Below the pieces are notes generated by a model that was not told the origin of the DNA, did not search any database, and saw only the letters and a program-made list of their open reading frames with translations. The translations under genes were made by a program, and so were the position numbers. Shown piece by piece: positions 9,007 through 18,979 of a stretch of 64,000 nt of DNA. Positions within the stretch are counted from its first letter, which is position 1, and each line of letters opens with the position of its first letter. The stretch covers positions 32,001 through 96,000 of the forward strand of contig CAVVOB010000023.1 in NCBI GenBank assembly GCA_963749655.1, read 5' to 3'. Origin of the DNA: Nitrospirota bacterium. Its GTDB lineage: Bacteria > Nitrospirota > UBA9217.

Positions 9007-10002
9007 ATGCCGGAACTGCGAAAAGACCCGATCACCGGCAGGTGGGTGATCATTTCGTCGGAGCGGGGCAAACGCCCCAGTGAGTTTCAGGACCAGCGCG
9101 ACAAGAAGAGATCGGGTTTCTGCCCTTTCTGCGCGGGCAACGAAAGGACGACACCGGCCGAGATCCTCGCCTACCGCGAGGGCGGCCAGCCGAACGGCCC
9201 CGGGTGGCGTCTCCGCACCGTGCCGAACAAGTTTCCCGCGCTCCAGATCGAGGGGGACCTGAACAAGGCGGGCGAAGGCATCTTCGACAAGATGAACGGC
9301 ATCGGCGCCCACGAAGTGATCATCGAAAGCCCCGATCACAACGCGACGCTCGCGACCCTCCCCCTCAAAGCGATGGAGGAGGTGCTCTGGGCGTACCGGG
9401 ACCGCATGGAGGACCTGAAAAAGGACACCCGTTTTCAGTACACCCTCATCTTCAAGAACGAAGGCCTGACCGCGGGCGCGACCCTGGAGCATACGCACTC
9501 GCAGCTCATCGCGCTGCCGATCGTGCCCATCCAGGTCCAGGAGGAGATCGACGGGGCCAAGCGCCATTACGAGCTCAAGGAGCGCTGCATCTTCTGCGAC
9601 ATCATCCACCAGGAGATGCGCACCGCGACGCGCGTCGTGCTCGAAACGCCGCTTTTCATCGCCCTCTCTCCCTACGCCCCGCGCTTCCCCTTTGAGACCT
9701 GGATCATGCCCAAAAAGCACGTCTCCTGCTTTGCCTGCTCGTCGAACGACGAGTTCCGGGACCTTGCCGGCCTCATGCAGAACGTTCTCCGCAGGCTCGA
9801 CCGGGCGCTTTCTAACCCGCCCTACAACTACGTGATCCACACCTCCCCTTTCCGGGACGAGCGCAACGAGTACTACCACTGGCATATCGAGCTGATGCCC
9901 AAGCTCACCAATGTCGCCGGCTTCGAGTGGGGTTCGGGGTTCTACATCAACCCCACGCCGCCCGAAGACGCGGCCAAGTTCCTGCGGGAAATAAAGCTAT
10001 AG
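9007..10002 (+). CDS. galT: GalT-family nucleotidyltransferase
   Basis: ELRKDPITGRWVI, CPFC, HTHSQ (HxHxQ), CIFC. Confidence 0.9.
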   Translation: MPELRKDPITGRWVIISSERGKRPSEFQDQRDKKRSGFCPFCAGNERTTPAEILAYREGGQPNGPGWRLRTVPNKFPALQIEGDLNKAGEGIFDKMNGIGAHEVIIESPDHNATLATLPLKAMEEVLWAYRDRMEDLKKDTRFQYTLIFKNEGLTAGATLEHTHSQLIALPIVPIQVQEEIDGAKRHYELKERCIFCDIIHQEMRTATRVVLETPLFIALSPYAPRFPFETWIMPKKHVSCFACSSNDEFRDLAGLMQNVLRRLDRALSNPPYNYVIHTSPFRDERNEYYHWHIELMPKLTNVAGFEWGSGFYINPTPPEDAAKFLREIKL

Positions 10003-10195
10003 CCGCGGGGAGCGGAGCGAGCGCAGCGAAGACTGAAGGGGTACTGAGCTTGCCGATTCTTCCGCATGTTCTCATCTTCAGCAGGCCTCTGCGCCCCTGC
10101 CCCGTGCCGGCTGCGTGAAAGGTACTTTAAAGTCCTTTCGGGCCGACAACTTGAATTTTGAGTCAATTTTTTAAATCCGAGGAATCAGAACCCTG

Positions 10196-10257
10196 GACAG
10201 GATTACAGGATAAGAATCGGATAAAAAAGTCAATCCTGTTGATCCTGTTATTCTGTC
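10196..10257. repeat. Bipartite inverted ACAGGAT repeat element
   Basis: GACAGGATTACAGGAT...ATCCTGTTGATCCTGTTATTCTGTC; a second family member lies at 58338-58409. Confidence 0.75.
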
Positions 10258-10294
10258 GAGGAATTTGATTGTTTGTGAATCTCGCGATCATTTT

Positions 10295-11741
10295 ATGAAA
10301 ATCCTTTTCGCCGCATCTGAAGCAGCTCCCTTCGCGAAAACAGGCGGCCTTGCCGATGTCGCCGGGAGCCTGCCGCCCGCCCTGGCCTCCCTCGGGCACG
10401 AGGTGAGCCTGGTGATGCCCCGCTACCGGGCCGTCGACATCAGGAAATTCAACCTCAAGCGCGTCGCCGGTTTTTCCGTGCCCCTGGGGACCTGGCAGGA
10501 GCGCTGCGACGTGTTCGCCGGCAAGACGGCGGGCAATGTTACGGTCTATTTCATCGACAAGGACATCTATTATGACCGGCCCGGGCTCTACCGGAGCGAG
10601 CGGGCCGACTATCCGGACAACGCGGAGCGCTTCATTTTTTTTTCGCGCGCCGTTGTAGAGCTGGCGAGCGCCCTCGACCTCCGGCCCGACATCGTGCACT
10701 GCAATGACTGGCAGACGGGCCTTGTCCCGCTTTATCTGAAACAGGGCCCGGGGATGCACGAGTCGCTCCGCAAAACGCATACGGTCTTCACGGTGCACAA
10801 CCTGGGATACCAGGGTCTGTTCTGGCACTGGGACATGCGGCTGACAGGCCTCGGATGGAACGTGTTCACGCCCGAGGGGATCGAATTCTGGGGCAAGATC
10901 AACCTGCTCAAGGCGGGACTGATCTATTCGGACATCATCACGACCGTGAGCAGGACCTACAGCCGCGAGATTCAAACGCCTGAGTACGGCTGCGGCCTCG
11001 ACGGCGTTCTGAGGAAACGCTCCGCCGACCTCTATGGGATCGTGAACGGTATCGACACCGCGGAATGGAACCCGGCGCGGGACCCCCTCGTCTCGCGAAC
11101 CTACAGCCTTTCGCGGCCCGCGGGCAAGGCAGCCTGCAAAAAGGCCCTGCTGAAGCAGCTTGGACTCCCGGACCGCGGCGCCCCTCTCATCGGCATGGTC
11201 ACCCGCCTGGTGGACCAGAAGGGCCTCGATATCCTGGTTGACGGCCTGGACGAGATCATGTCCCTCGGGGTTCAACTTGTCATTCTCGGGACTGGAGATG
11301 TAAAATATCATCAGATACTGAGCGAGGCTGCCGGCCGCTATCCGGAAGGCTTGTGCGTTCTGCTCGAGTATAACGATGCCGTCGCGCGGAACATTTACGC
11401 AGGCAGCGACCTGTTCCTGATGCCCTCGCGCTATGAGCCCTGCGGTCTCGGACAGCTGCATGCCCTGCGGTACGGGTCCGTGCCCGTTGTGCGAAAGACC
11501 GGCGGATTGACGGATACGGTAGCGAACTACAACAGGAAAACAGGACAGGGTACGGGTTTCGTTTTCAAGGAATATTCGGCATGCCGCCCTCGTCGAGGCG
11601 CTCGAGCGCGCGGTCGCAACATATAACGAACCCAGGCGGTGGAAGCTCCTGATGCAGAACGGGATGGGGCAGGATTTTTCCTGGGAACGGTCGGCGCAGG
11701 AGTATGTGAGCATATACCGGAAGGCAATGAGGAAAAGATAG
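10295..11741 (+). CDS. glgA: Glycogen synthase, with a frameshift near 11582
   Basis: KTGGLADV, HCNDWQTG, TVHNLGYQG, PSRYEPCGL; the shifted frame gives ..MGQDFSWERSAQEY..KR*. Confidence 0.93.
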
Positions 11742-11908
11742 GGTCCGGGGTCCGGGGACAAGGGGCCGGGGTCATGGGGCAAGGGTCCAGGGTCATGGGG
11801 CAAGGGTCCAGGGTCATGGGGCAAGGGTCCAGGGTCATGGGGCAAGGGTCCAGGGTCCGAAAGCTTGAAGGTTTTACTGACTACTGGACCCTGGCCACTG
11901 GACCCTGA
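11742..11908. repeat. G-rich 21-bp tandem repeat built of heptamers, with a short inverted arm
   Basis: About four copies of GGGTCATGGGGCAAGGGTCCA; complementary TGGACCC heptamers at 11885-11908. Confidence 0.9.
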
Positions 11909-14311
11909 ATGAAAACCATGGAAGCACTCGAAAAAAAAGAACTCGGCATCCTGAGCGAGATCAGCCGGATATCGAACTCGGCCATCGACCTCAGCGAGAA
12001 GCTCCGGCGGACCGTCGAGGTCGTTGCCCAGGGCATGGGCAGAGAAGGCGCTTCGGTCTTCCTCATCGATCCGTCGGGGAAAACCGTGACCCTCGCTGCG
12101 GCCGTCGGGCTGAACCAGGAGTCGATCGGCAGGCTGACCTTTCCGCTCGGCATGGGGATCGCCGGTTGGGTGGCGGAGCAGAAGGTGCCGCTTGCGCTCG
12201 AAGACCCCTACTCCGACCCCCGGTTCGCCTATGTTCCGGAATCGGGCATCGAGCGCTTCAAGTCCCTCATTGCCGCTCCGATCATGGATGAGGACCGCTG
12301 CCTCGGAGTGATTTTCGTTCTTTCCCTGTCCGTCTGGCAGGCCGCGTCCTCCGACCTCACGCTCCTGACCACGACAGCCAACCAGATCAGCGGGGTGATA
12401 AAGAGTTCGCGCCTGTTCCAGAGCATTCAGGACCGCCTGGCGGAGCTGGCCACGATCTACGAAATCGGGATAGCGCTGACCACCACGCTGGACCTGGAAC
12501 AGCTCCTGGCGCTCATCGCCAAGAACAGCGCCCAGTCGCTCCGCGCGCAGGGCTGCACCATCCGCCTCGTCAACCTGCCGGAAACGTCGTACCACAAGAA
12601 CTTCGCGGCCTACAGCGAGGCCGGTGACGGCGTCGCCAGACTGGATGCCGGGCTCGGTCCCAAGGTGGCGGAGCGCATCATGCAGGAGCGGCAGCCCCTC
12701 CTGATCGCGAACGTCCGAAACGATCCGGCGCTGGCACCGCATGCCGACGGGCAGGAATGCTCCATCATCAGCATCCCCCTGGTCTTTCGCCAGAAAGTGA
12801 TCGGCGTCATAACGCTCTACAGCAAGCAGGACGCCAGGCCGTTCAACGAGAACGACCTCCATTTTCTCACCACCGTGGCCAGCGCCGCGGCCGTGGCCGT
12901 CGAGAACGCCGCGATGTACGAACGCATGGAAGATCTTGCCATCGAGGCCAGGACCCGCGCCCAGGAGCTCGCCATCCTCTATGACATCGGCACGGCCATG
13001 AGCACGACGCTCAACCTCGACCGGCTTCTCAGGATCATCCTGAGCGCCGCGACCATGGGCGGCAGCGGCCTCGGTTTCAACCGCGCGCTCCTCCTTCTGA
13101 CGAACGAACGGACCAACATGCTCCAGGGAATGATGGGCGTAGGTCCTACGAACTGGGAGGAGGCGGGCAGGGCCTGGGGCGAGGTATCAAGCAGGCACAA
13201 GAGCCTCACGGAATGGATACAAACGGGTGAACTCTTCGAGCATCGGGATTCGGCCCTCAACAATCTTGCCCGGGGGATCAGGATCTCGCTCGATCCGGCC
13301 GAGGGCGTCCTTGCCCTGACGGTGCTGAACAAGCGCCCCTACAACATTGCGAACACCGCTGCGGACCCCATCGTTCCGAAGGAGCTCCGGGAGATCCTGA
13401 AGGTGAACAGCTTCGCCACGGTCCCCCTTGTGGCCAAGGACCGGGTCATCGGCGTCATCCTCGTGGACAACATGTTCAATCAGCGGCCCATCACCGACGG
13501 CGACATCCGCTTCTTGACCATGTTCGCGCACCAGTCCGCGCTGGCGATCGAAAACGCCATTATTCACACCAATCTCGAGACCATGCACAAGGACATTCGG
13601 TCCCTGCACGAGCAGCTCGTGCAGTCGGAAAAAATGGCGGCCCTCGGAGCCATGATGGCGGAGATCACCCACGAGATCAGGAATCCCCTCGTGTCCATCG
13701 GCGGTTTCACCCGCAGGCTCGCGAAGAAGCTGACCAACACCGAAGAAAAAAAATACATCGACATCATCCTGAGCGAAGTGAGCCGGCTCGAGGGCATCAT
13801 CCACGACAACCTCTCGTACATCAAGGAAATGGCCCCCCAGATCGCCGACACGGACATGAATGCCCTGCTCCAGGATATCCTGACGCTCTACGAGGACGAA
13901 TTGTCCCAACGCCATATAACCGTGGAGCGGGACCTTTTCCCCCGCCTTCCGCTGCTCAAGGTAGACGCCCAGCAGATAAAACAGGCCGTTATCAACATCC
14001 TGAAGAATGCGATGGAAGCCATGGAAAACGGAGGGAAGCTTACCGTCAGGACCAGCGTCATGGACGGAGGGCAGGAGGCTGCAGTCGAGCTGGGGGACAC
14101 GGGCCCCGGCATAACGGCGAAGGCCATGCACAATATCTTCAATCCCTATTACACCACCAAGCCGCGCGGCACGGGACTGGGGCTGCCGATCTCGAACAGG
14201 ATCATCAAGGCGCACCGCGGCAGGATCGAGCTGCGCAACAAGGAGACCGGGGGTGCCGTCTTCACGATCAGGCTTCCCCTGGTGGAAGCGGCCAAAACCA
14301 AGCAAGCGTGA
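11909..14311 (+). CDS. Cytoplasmic multi-GAF sensor histidine kinase
   Basis: Three GAF-like repeats; H-box THEIRNPL, NAMEAM, DTGPG, GTGLGL; no obvious TM segment. Confidence 0.92.
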   Translation: MKTMEALEKKELGILSEISRISNSAIDLSEKLRRTVEVVAQGMGREGASVFLIDPSGKTVTLAAAVGLNQESIGRLTFPLGMGIAGWVAEQKVPLALEDPYSDPRFAYVPESGIERFKSLIAAPIMDEDRCLGVIFVLSLSVWQAASSDLTLLTTTANQISGVIKSSRLFQSIQDRLAELATIYEIGIALTTTLDLEQLLALIAKNSAQSLRAQGCTIRLVNLPETSYHKNFAAYSEAGDGVARLDAGLGPKVAERIMQERQPLLIANVRNDPALAPHADGQECSIISIPLVFRQKVIGVITLYSKQDARPFNENDLHFLTTVASAAAVAVENAAMYERMEDLAIEARTRAQELAILYDIGTAMSTTLNLDRLLRIILSAATMGGSGLGFNRALLLLTNERTNMLQGMMGVGPTNWEEAGRAWGEVSSRHKSLTEWIQTGELFEHRDSALNNLARGIRISLDPAEGVLALTVLNKRPYNIANTAADPIVPKELREILKVNSFATVPLVAKDRVIGVILVDNMFNQRPITDGDIRFLTMFAHQSALAIENAIIHTNLETMHKDIRSLHEQLVQSEKMAALGAMMAEITHEIRNPLVSIGGFTRRLAKKLTNTEEKKYIDIILSEVSRLEGIIHDNLSYIKEMAPQIADTDMNALLQDILTLYEDELSQRHITVERDLFPRLPLLKVDAQQIKQAVINILKNAMEAMENGGKLTVRTSVMDGGQEAAVELGDTGPGITAKAMHNIFNPYYTTKPRGTGLGLPISNRIIKAHRGRIELRNKETGGAVFTIRLPLVEAAKTKQA

Positions 14312-14432
14312 AACCACAGAGGGCACGGAAAAATGCATGGAAAAAATCGAAGCGCGAGGCGGCATATTTTAACAGAACGCACGGCATAGCCGTTCCATTC
14401 CGTTCAAGATGTTCTCTGCGGACTTTGTGGTT
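14312..14432. repeat. Bipartite inverted 9-mer element
   Basis: AACCACAGAGGGCACGGA...TCTCTGCGGACTTTGTGGTT. Confidence 0.6.
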
Positions 14433-14471
14433 GAATTTTGACACTAAGCAATGACGATACAGGAGGCACGA

Positions 14472-14822
14472 ATGAAAAAAATTCTGGTTGTTGACGATGA
14501 ACAGAACATCCGCGAGCTCTACAAGGAAGAGTTCGAGGAAATGGGGTACGACGTGACCCTGGTTTCGGACGGCCTGCAGGCCCTCTCGATGATGGACAAG
14601 GCCAAGTTCGACCTCGTCACCCTGGACATGCGCATGCCCGACATCGACGGGATCGAGACCCTGCGCAAGATGAAGGAAAAGGACAGCACGCTGCCCGTCG
14701 TCATCTGCACGGCTTACGAGGAGTACAAACACGACTTCGGCAGCTGGTGCTCCGACGCCTACGTCGTAAAGTCGGCGGACACCGCGCTCCTGCGCGATAC
14801 CGTAAAGAAGATCCTCGGATGA
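14472..14822 (+). CDS. Single-domain response regulator
   Basis: KILVVDDE, LDMRMP, CTAY, YVVKS; RBS AGGAGG. Confidence 0.92.
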   Translation: MKKILVVDDEQNIRELYKEEFEEMGYDVTLVSDGLQALSMMDKAKFDLVTLDMRMPDIDGIETLRKMKEKDSTLPVVICTAYEEYKHDFGSWCSDAYVVKSADTALLRDTVKKILG

Positions 14823-16108
14823 AGGAGAAGGCCGAAGTTTTCGTCGAGAAGCTTGTCCACGGCGGCAGCGGCCTGGCGCGCCTGGGCACCGGCCAGGCGG
14901 TCTTCGTTTCCGGCGTGCTGCCCGGCGAGCGGGCAGTGGTCATGCTCCGGCGCAAACGCAAGGGGTTCCTGGAGGCGGACCTTCTCGAAGTGATCAGCCC
15001 TTCACCCGACCGCATCGCCCCTCCCTGCGGCGGCGAGCTCCAGTGCACCGGTGCGACGTGGCCGCACATCGCCTACCCCGCCCAGCTCAGGTACAAACAG
15101 GAGATCCTCCTGGACACCCTTTCCCGGATCGGCGGCATCACCCCGCGCCGCCCCCTCGCGATACTGCCTTCTCCGCGGACCGATCATTACCGCCTGAGGA
15201 CGCAATTCAACGTGAGAGCGTCGGGCGCCAGGCAGCGGATCGGCTTTTTCCGGCAGGGTTCCTACGACCTCATCGAGGTGGACGACGCTTTTCTCATCGA
15301 CCCGATCATCAACAGGACGCTTAAGGCCGTGAGGCAGCTGGAACCGCAGATGCCCCGGGCAACAGAGATCCATATCAACGCCACGCCTGCAGGGGACGTG
15401 CACCTGCTTTTCTTCGGCGAACAGGATGCTCTGCCGCCGATGAACAGCTACTTCGCCGAACTCCAGAAAGCCGCGCCGCAGGTCATCGGCATGACAGGGT
15501 TTGCCGGCAGGAAGAAAGCCTTCACCCTCGGCCGCAACCAGCTGGCCCTCGACCTGGACGGACTGAAGCTTCATGCCACGGAGGGGAACTTCTACCAGGT
15601 CAACTGGGACCAGAACAGGAACATGGTCGGGACGGTCCTTGACTTCGCCGGCCTCAAAGGCTCCGAGACCGTGCTCGACCTGTACTGCGGCATCGGTAAT
15701 TTTTCCCTGCCCCTTGCAAAGCAGGCAAGGCAGGTGATCGGCATCGAGTCCGGTTTTGCCGCCATCGAAGACGCAAAAGCCAACGCAGCACTGAACAAGA
15801 TCGCGAACACGGAGTTCATAGCCGACGACCTGCAGAAAGGGCTCAAGACGCTGATCGAGCGGAAGATGCGCTCGGAAGTGATCGTGCTCGATCCGCCAAG
15901 GGCCGGAGCGACGCTTAAAACGCTCGAACGGGTGCTGGCCTTCGTGCCGCAGAAGATCGTATACGTGTCTTGCAATCCCTCGACCCTTGCCCGGGACCTG
16001 AAGTTCTTCCACCTCTTCGGCTTCCGCCTCGACCGGCTGCAGCCCGTCGACATGTTCCCCTGGACCTATCATATCGAGTGTGTGGCGGAGATGAAGCGGG
16101 AGGAGTAG
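14819..16108 (+). CDS. rlmD: 23S rRNA m5U methyltransferase RlmD (TrmA family)
   Basis: N-terminal TRAM-like domain, FYQVN, LDLYCGIG, DPPRAG, YVSCNP, DMFPWTYHIE. Confidence 0.88.
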   Translation: MKEKAEVFVEKLVHGGSGLARLGTGQAVFVSGVLPGERAVVMLRRKRKGFLEADLLEVISPSPDRIAPPCGGELQCTGATWPHIAYPAQLRYKQEILLDTLSRIGGITPRRPLAILPSPRTDHYRLRTQFNVRASGARQRIGFFRQGSYDLIEVDDAFLIDPIINRTLKAVRQLEPQMPRATEIHINATPAGDVHLLFFGEQDALPPMNSYFAELQKAAPQVIGMTGFAGRKKAFTLGRNQLALDLDGLKLHATEGNFYQVNWDQNRNMVGTVLDFAGLKGSETVLDLYCGIGNFSLPLAKQARQVIGIESGFAAIEDAKANAALNKIANTEFIADDLQKGLKTLIERKMRSEVIVLDPPRAGATLKTLERVLAFVPQKIVYVSCNPSTLARDLKFFHLFGFRLDRLQPVDMFPWTYHIECVAEMKREE

Positions 16109-16440
16109 CAGCTCTCGGCTATCACCTGGCCGAGCTTCCCAAGCTTACTCGCCAGCAATCGAACGGCTATTCGGAATTACTAGTCATCGATCAACTAAAA
16201 CCTCCCGCAAGAAAAGGCCGGAGGATTTTTTTCTCCGGCCTGTGATTCAATAGTGATGGTTTCGTAAAAAGTCATCATTCCCGCTGTCGGGAATCATGTT
16301 GCCAGATAACGCCCTGATAAGATACGATCCCGGACCCCGACTAGTCGGGGCAGGCCGGCAGTGCCCCGCATCAACATTTTTCACAATGAGTGGGGAATGA
16401 CTGTCGACGGGGGAAAGACATCAGAAAGCAAACATGGATA

Positions 16441-16866
16441 TTATTTCAGGCCGATGAACGCGCCGAACCTCTTGAGAAATTGTCGGATATCATTCAGATG
16501 AGAGTGAATCAGGCGGTACAGCTCTTCGTTGTCGATCTCCCAGTAAATATGAACAAGCCGGTTTCTGAAGCGGGCCATCTGGACCAGCGTCCGGGTGAAC
16601 GCCTCGTCAAAAGCGCCCCGCTCTGCGAGGACCTTGAACGTGTCAGCGTAATCTTCCGGTGTTCTAAAGCCGTTCTTCGCTATGATATGGTTCGAGAGAT
16701 CAATGGTCCCCTCTATGGCAACGAGCAGCGAGTATTTCGCGCTGCCGATTTTGTGAGGGTCCGCGAGGAATGCCGCCTGAGGCAGGCCTTTCAACTCTTC
16801 AAGCCGTTCGAGCGCGCCCTGGATCTCCGAAACGATCTTCCTGACTTTATCGGGATTAAGCTCCAA
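16441..16866 (-). CDS. HEPN (DUF86/HepT-like) RNase toxin
   Basis: RNRLVHIY = RX4HXY motif; TTG start overlaps the MNT end. Confidence 0.88.
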   Translation of the reverse strand: MELNPDKVRKIVSEIQGALERLEELKGLPQAAFLADPHKIGSAKYSLLVAIEGTIDLSNHIIAKNGFRTPEDYADTFKVLAERGAFDEAFTRTLVQMARFRNRLVHIYWEIDNEELYRLIHSHLNDIRQFLKRFGAFIGLK

Positions 16867-17287
16867 GGCCCAGGGCCTCCTTGAGATAGAGCGCGCGGTA
16901 GGGTGCGAAGTCAAAATAATCCGCCATCGTAGCTTCCTGAAACCCGGCCCTCCTGTCGTCGTCCCGCACGATCAACAGTGCACCCTCCTTGATTACGCGG
17001 TATCTGAAGGACAGGGGCGCCGCATTGAGCACCCTCACGTCGACGGGATATTTTCTTATCATATCGCCGCATTCGGTTTCAAGCGACGTTTCGTATTTCA
17101 GGACCGAACCGGGGACTTTCGAGAGATAGAGCGCAACATCGATGTCGTTAAAATCCTCTCCTTGAGCAAAAGACCCATGCACATAGGCAAATAGGACGTC
17201 AGGGCGTTTTTCAAGCGCTCCACGCAGCGCTCCCAGCACGGATTCCCTCTCGATGACCGGTATTTTCTTGAATTTTTTTAACGCCAT
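16856..17287 (-). CDS. Minimal nucleotidyltransferase antitoxin (MntA-like)
   Basis: YVHGSFAQGEDFNDIDVA; VDVRVLN. Confidence 0.88.
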   Translation of the reverse strand: MALKKFKKIPVIERESVLGALRGALEKRPDVLFAYVHGSFAQGEDFNDIDVALYLSKVPGSVLKYETSLETECGDMIRKYPVDVRVLNAAPLSFRYRVIKEGALLIVRDDDRRAGFQEATMADYFDFAPYRALYLKEALGLGA

Positions 17288-17361
17288 GCCAGGATATTAG
17301 CAGAATGGATAAGAAAAAACAAGGACCGCTGATCATGATTTGTTCCTGATCGGCAAAGATT

Positions 17362-18792
17362 TCAGTCAGCCGTGACCGTCTTTTTTTTCTTCTTCTTCGC
17401 GGCCTTTTTCTTCTTTGCCGGCGCACTGTCCGAGACCTTCTGATCAGTGGTTGCTGCAGGACGGGACAGGGCAGACTGCGCGGCCGCAGCCGGAGCGTCC
17501 GAGGCGGGTTTGGAAGTTTTCGTCCGTTTTCCTGCCGGCTCTGACCGCGTGGGTTCAGTCTTCACCGGCGGCGCAATGGAAACCGTCGTTGCTGATGCCG
17601 GGGGCGTTTCCGAGGGCAGTGACCGCGCGGTCCCTGATGATTGGCTGACAGACTCCTGTCGGGTTGCATTGGTCATAGACTGCTTTGAATCAACGGTTGT
17701 TTGAGGCTTCGATACCGGGACGGGGATCACCGCCGGAATCGATGGCATGACGGAAGGCTCCTGTCGTGCCGGCCAAGGAACCAGGTTCCAATAGTAATTC
17801 GCCGCGACACCCGCTGCGAGCAGAAGCGCCAGGGCGGCAGCCGCATATGCTCCCTTGCGGCGGCCGGAGCCGGCCGGTTTTGCGGGCACGATGACGGTTT
17901 CCTGCTCCGGCGCTGCTTCGAACACGTTCCGCGACACGAGATAATCCGCGATCCGGTGCAGCGAAGCCGCCTTCGTTGTCCTCCCCGCCAGATGCCTGCC
18001 GAGCTTCCGCTCCACTTCAAGCATAGTGTCGTAGCGGCGCTGCGGCTTTTTCCTGAGGCATTTCTTGATGAGCCAGTGGAGGCGCCAGGGGATGGCCCCG
18101 TTCACGCGCCGGGGAGGCAGAACACGGTCCTTCATGATCCGCGCAGTGACCGACCGGGTGTCGTCGTCGCTGAAGGGCTTTATGCCGGTAAACATTTCGT
18201 ACAGCACGATGCCGAAGGAAAAGATGTCGGACCGCACGTCGAGCGGCTGGCCCAGGATCTGCTCGGGCGACATATAGGCCGGGGTCCCGATGAGCATGCC
18301 GGGGACGGTCAGCGCCTCGAGGTTCCGCGTATGGGCGATGCCGAAATCCATAAGCTTGACCTCGCCGTTCCGCTTGATCATGATGTTGCCGGGCTTGATG
18401 TCGCGGTGGATCAAGCCGCGCATATGGGCGTAGTCGAGGGCGCTGCCCACCTGGATGGCGATCATGGCCCCTACGTCGATGGGCAGCGCGCCGGTCTTCG
18501 CGATCACGTCGGCCAGGGTCGTGCCGTCCACATACTCCATCACGATGGCGTAGTTGGGCTTCTTCCAGTAATCGTAGATGTGGACGATGTTCTCGTGCTG
18601 GAGCGACGCGGCCACCCTGCTCTCGCGTTCGAACCGCTTCACGATCTGCTCGTCGGCGTGGTAGGACTTCTTCAGCTCCTTGATCGCCACGGGACGGTCG
18701 AGGGACTTCTGAACGGCCTTGTACACCGTGGCCATACCTCCGGCCCCGATCTCCGCCAGAATCTCGTATTCCTCTTTCATCTGTTTTTGCAT
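17362..18792 (-). CDS. Membrane Hanks-type Ser/Thr kinase
   Basis: GAGGMATVY, VAIKEL, HRDIKPGN, DFG, YMSPEQ; one TM helix; low-complexity Lys-rich tail. Confidence 0.95.
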   Translation of the reverse strand: MQKQMKEEYEILAEIGAGGMATVYKAVQKSLDRPVAIKELKKSYHADEQIVKRFERESRVAASLQHENIVHIYDYWKKPNYAIVMEYVDGTTLADVIAKTGALPIDVGAMIAIQVGSALDYAHMRGLIHRDIKPGNIMIKRNGEVKLMDFGIAHTRNLEALTVPGMLIGTPAYMSPEQILGQPLDVRSDIFSFGIVLYEMFTGIKPFSDDDTRSVTARIMKDRVLPPRRVNGAIPWRLHWLIKKCLRKKPQRRYDTMLEVERKLGRHLAGRTTKAASLHRIADYLVSRNVFEAAPEQETVIVPAKPAGSGRRKGAYAAAALALLLAAGVAANYYWNLVPWPARQEPSVMPSIPAVIPVPVSKPQTTVDSKQSMTNATRQESVSQSSGTARSLPSETPPASATTVSIAPPVKTEPTRSEPAGKRTKTSKPASDAPAAAAQSALSRPAATTDQKVSDSAPAKKKKAAKKKKKKTVTAD

Positions 18793-18859
18793 AATCGTTA
18801 TTCAGAAAGCCTCAAGCATACCGGATGGAAACGACTCGAATTCAACACCTAAGCAGATC

Positions 18860-18958
18860 TCGCGCAAAGCCACAAAGACGCACAAGGGATCTTTAAAGCG
18901 CTTTGATGTATAGTTTCGACGTTTCCGCTTGTCTTGGCGACTTTGCGTCTTTGCGCGA
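18860..18958. repeat. Bipartite inverted 9-mer element
   Basis: TCGCGCAAAGCCACAAAGACGC...GCGACTTTGCGTCTTTGCGCGA. Confidence 0.7.
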
Positions 18959-18979
18959 AACTTTCTTTTCCCGATGACT

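Noticed and set aside
10163-12862. 899-aa minus-strand ORF with PHDPGPL repeats, and similar long antisense ORFs (e.g. 36294-37991, 43059-44369)
   Set aside because: These are shadow frames of well-supported genes in GC-rich DNA; the peptide repeat comes from the DNA tandem repeat.
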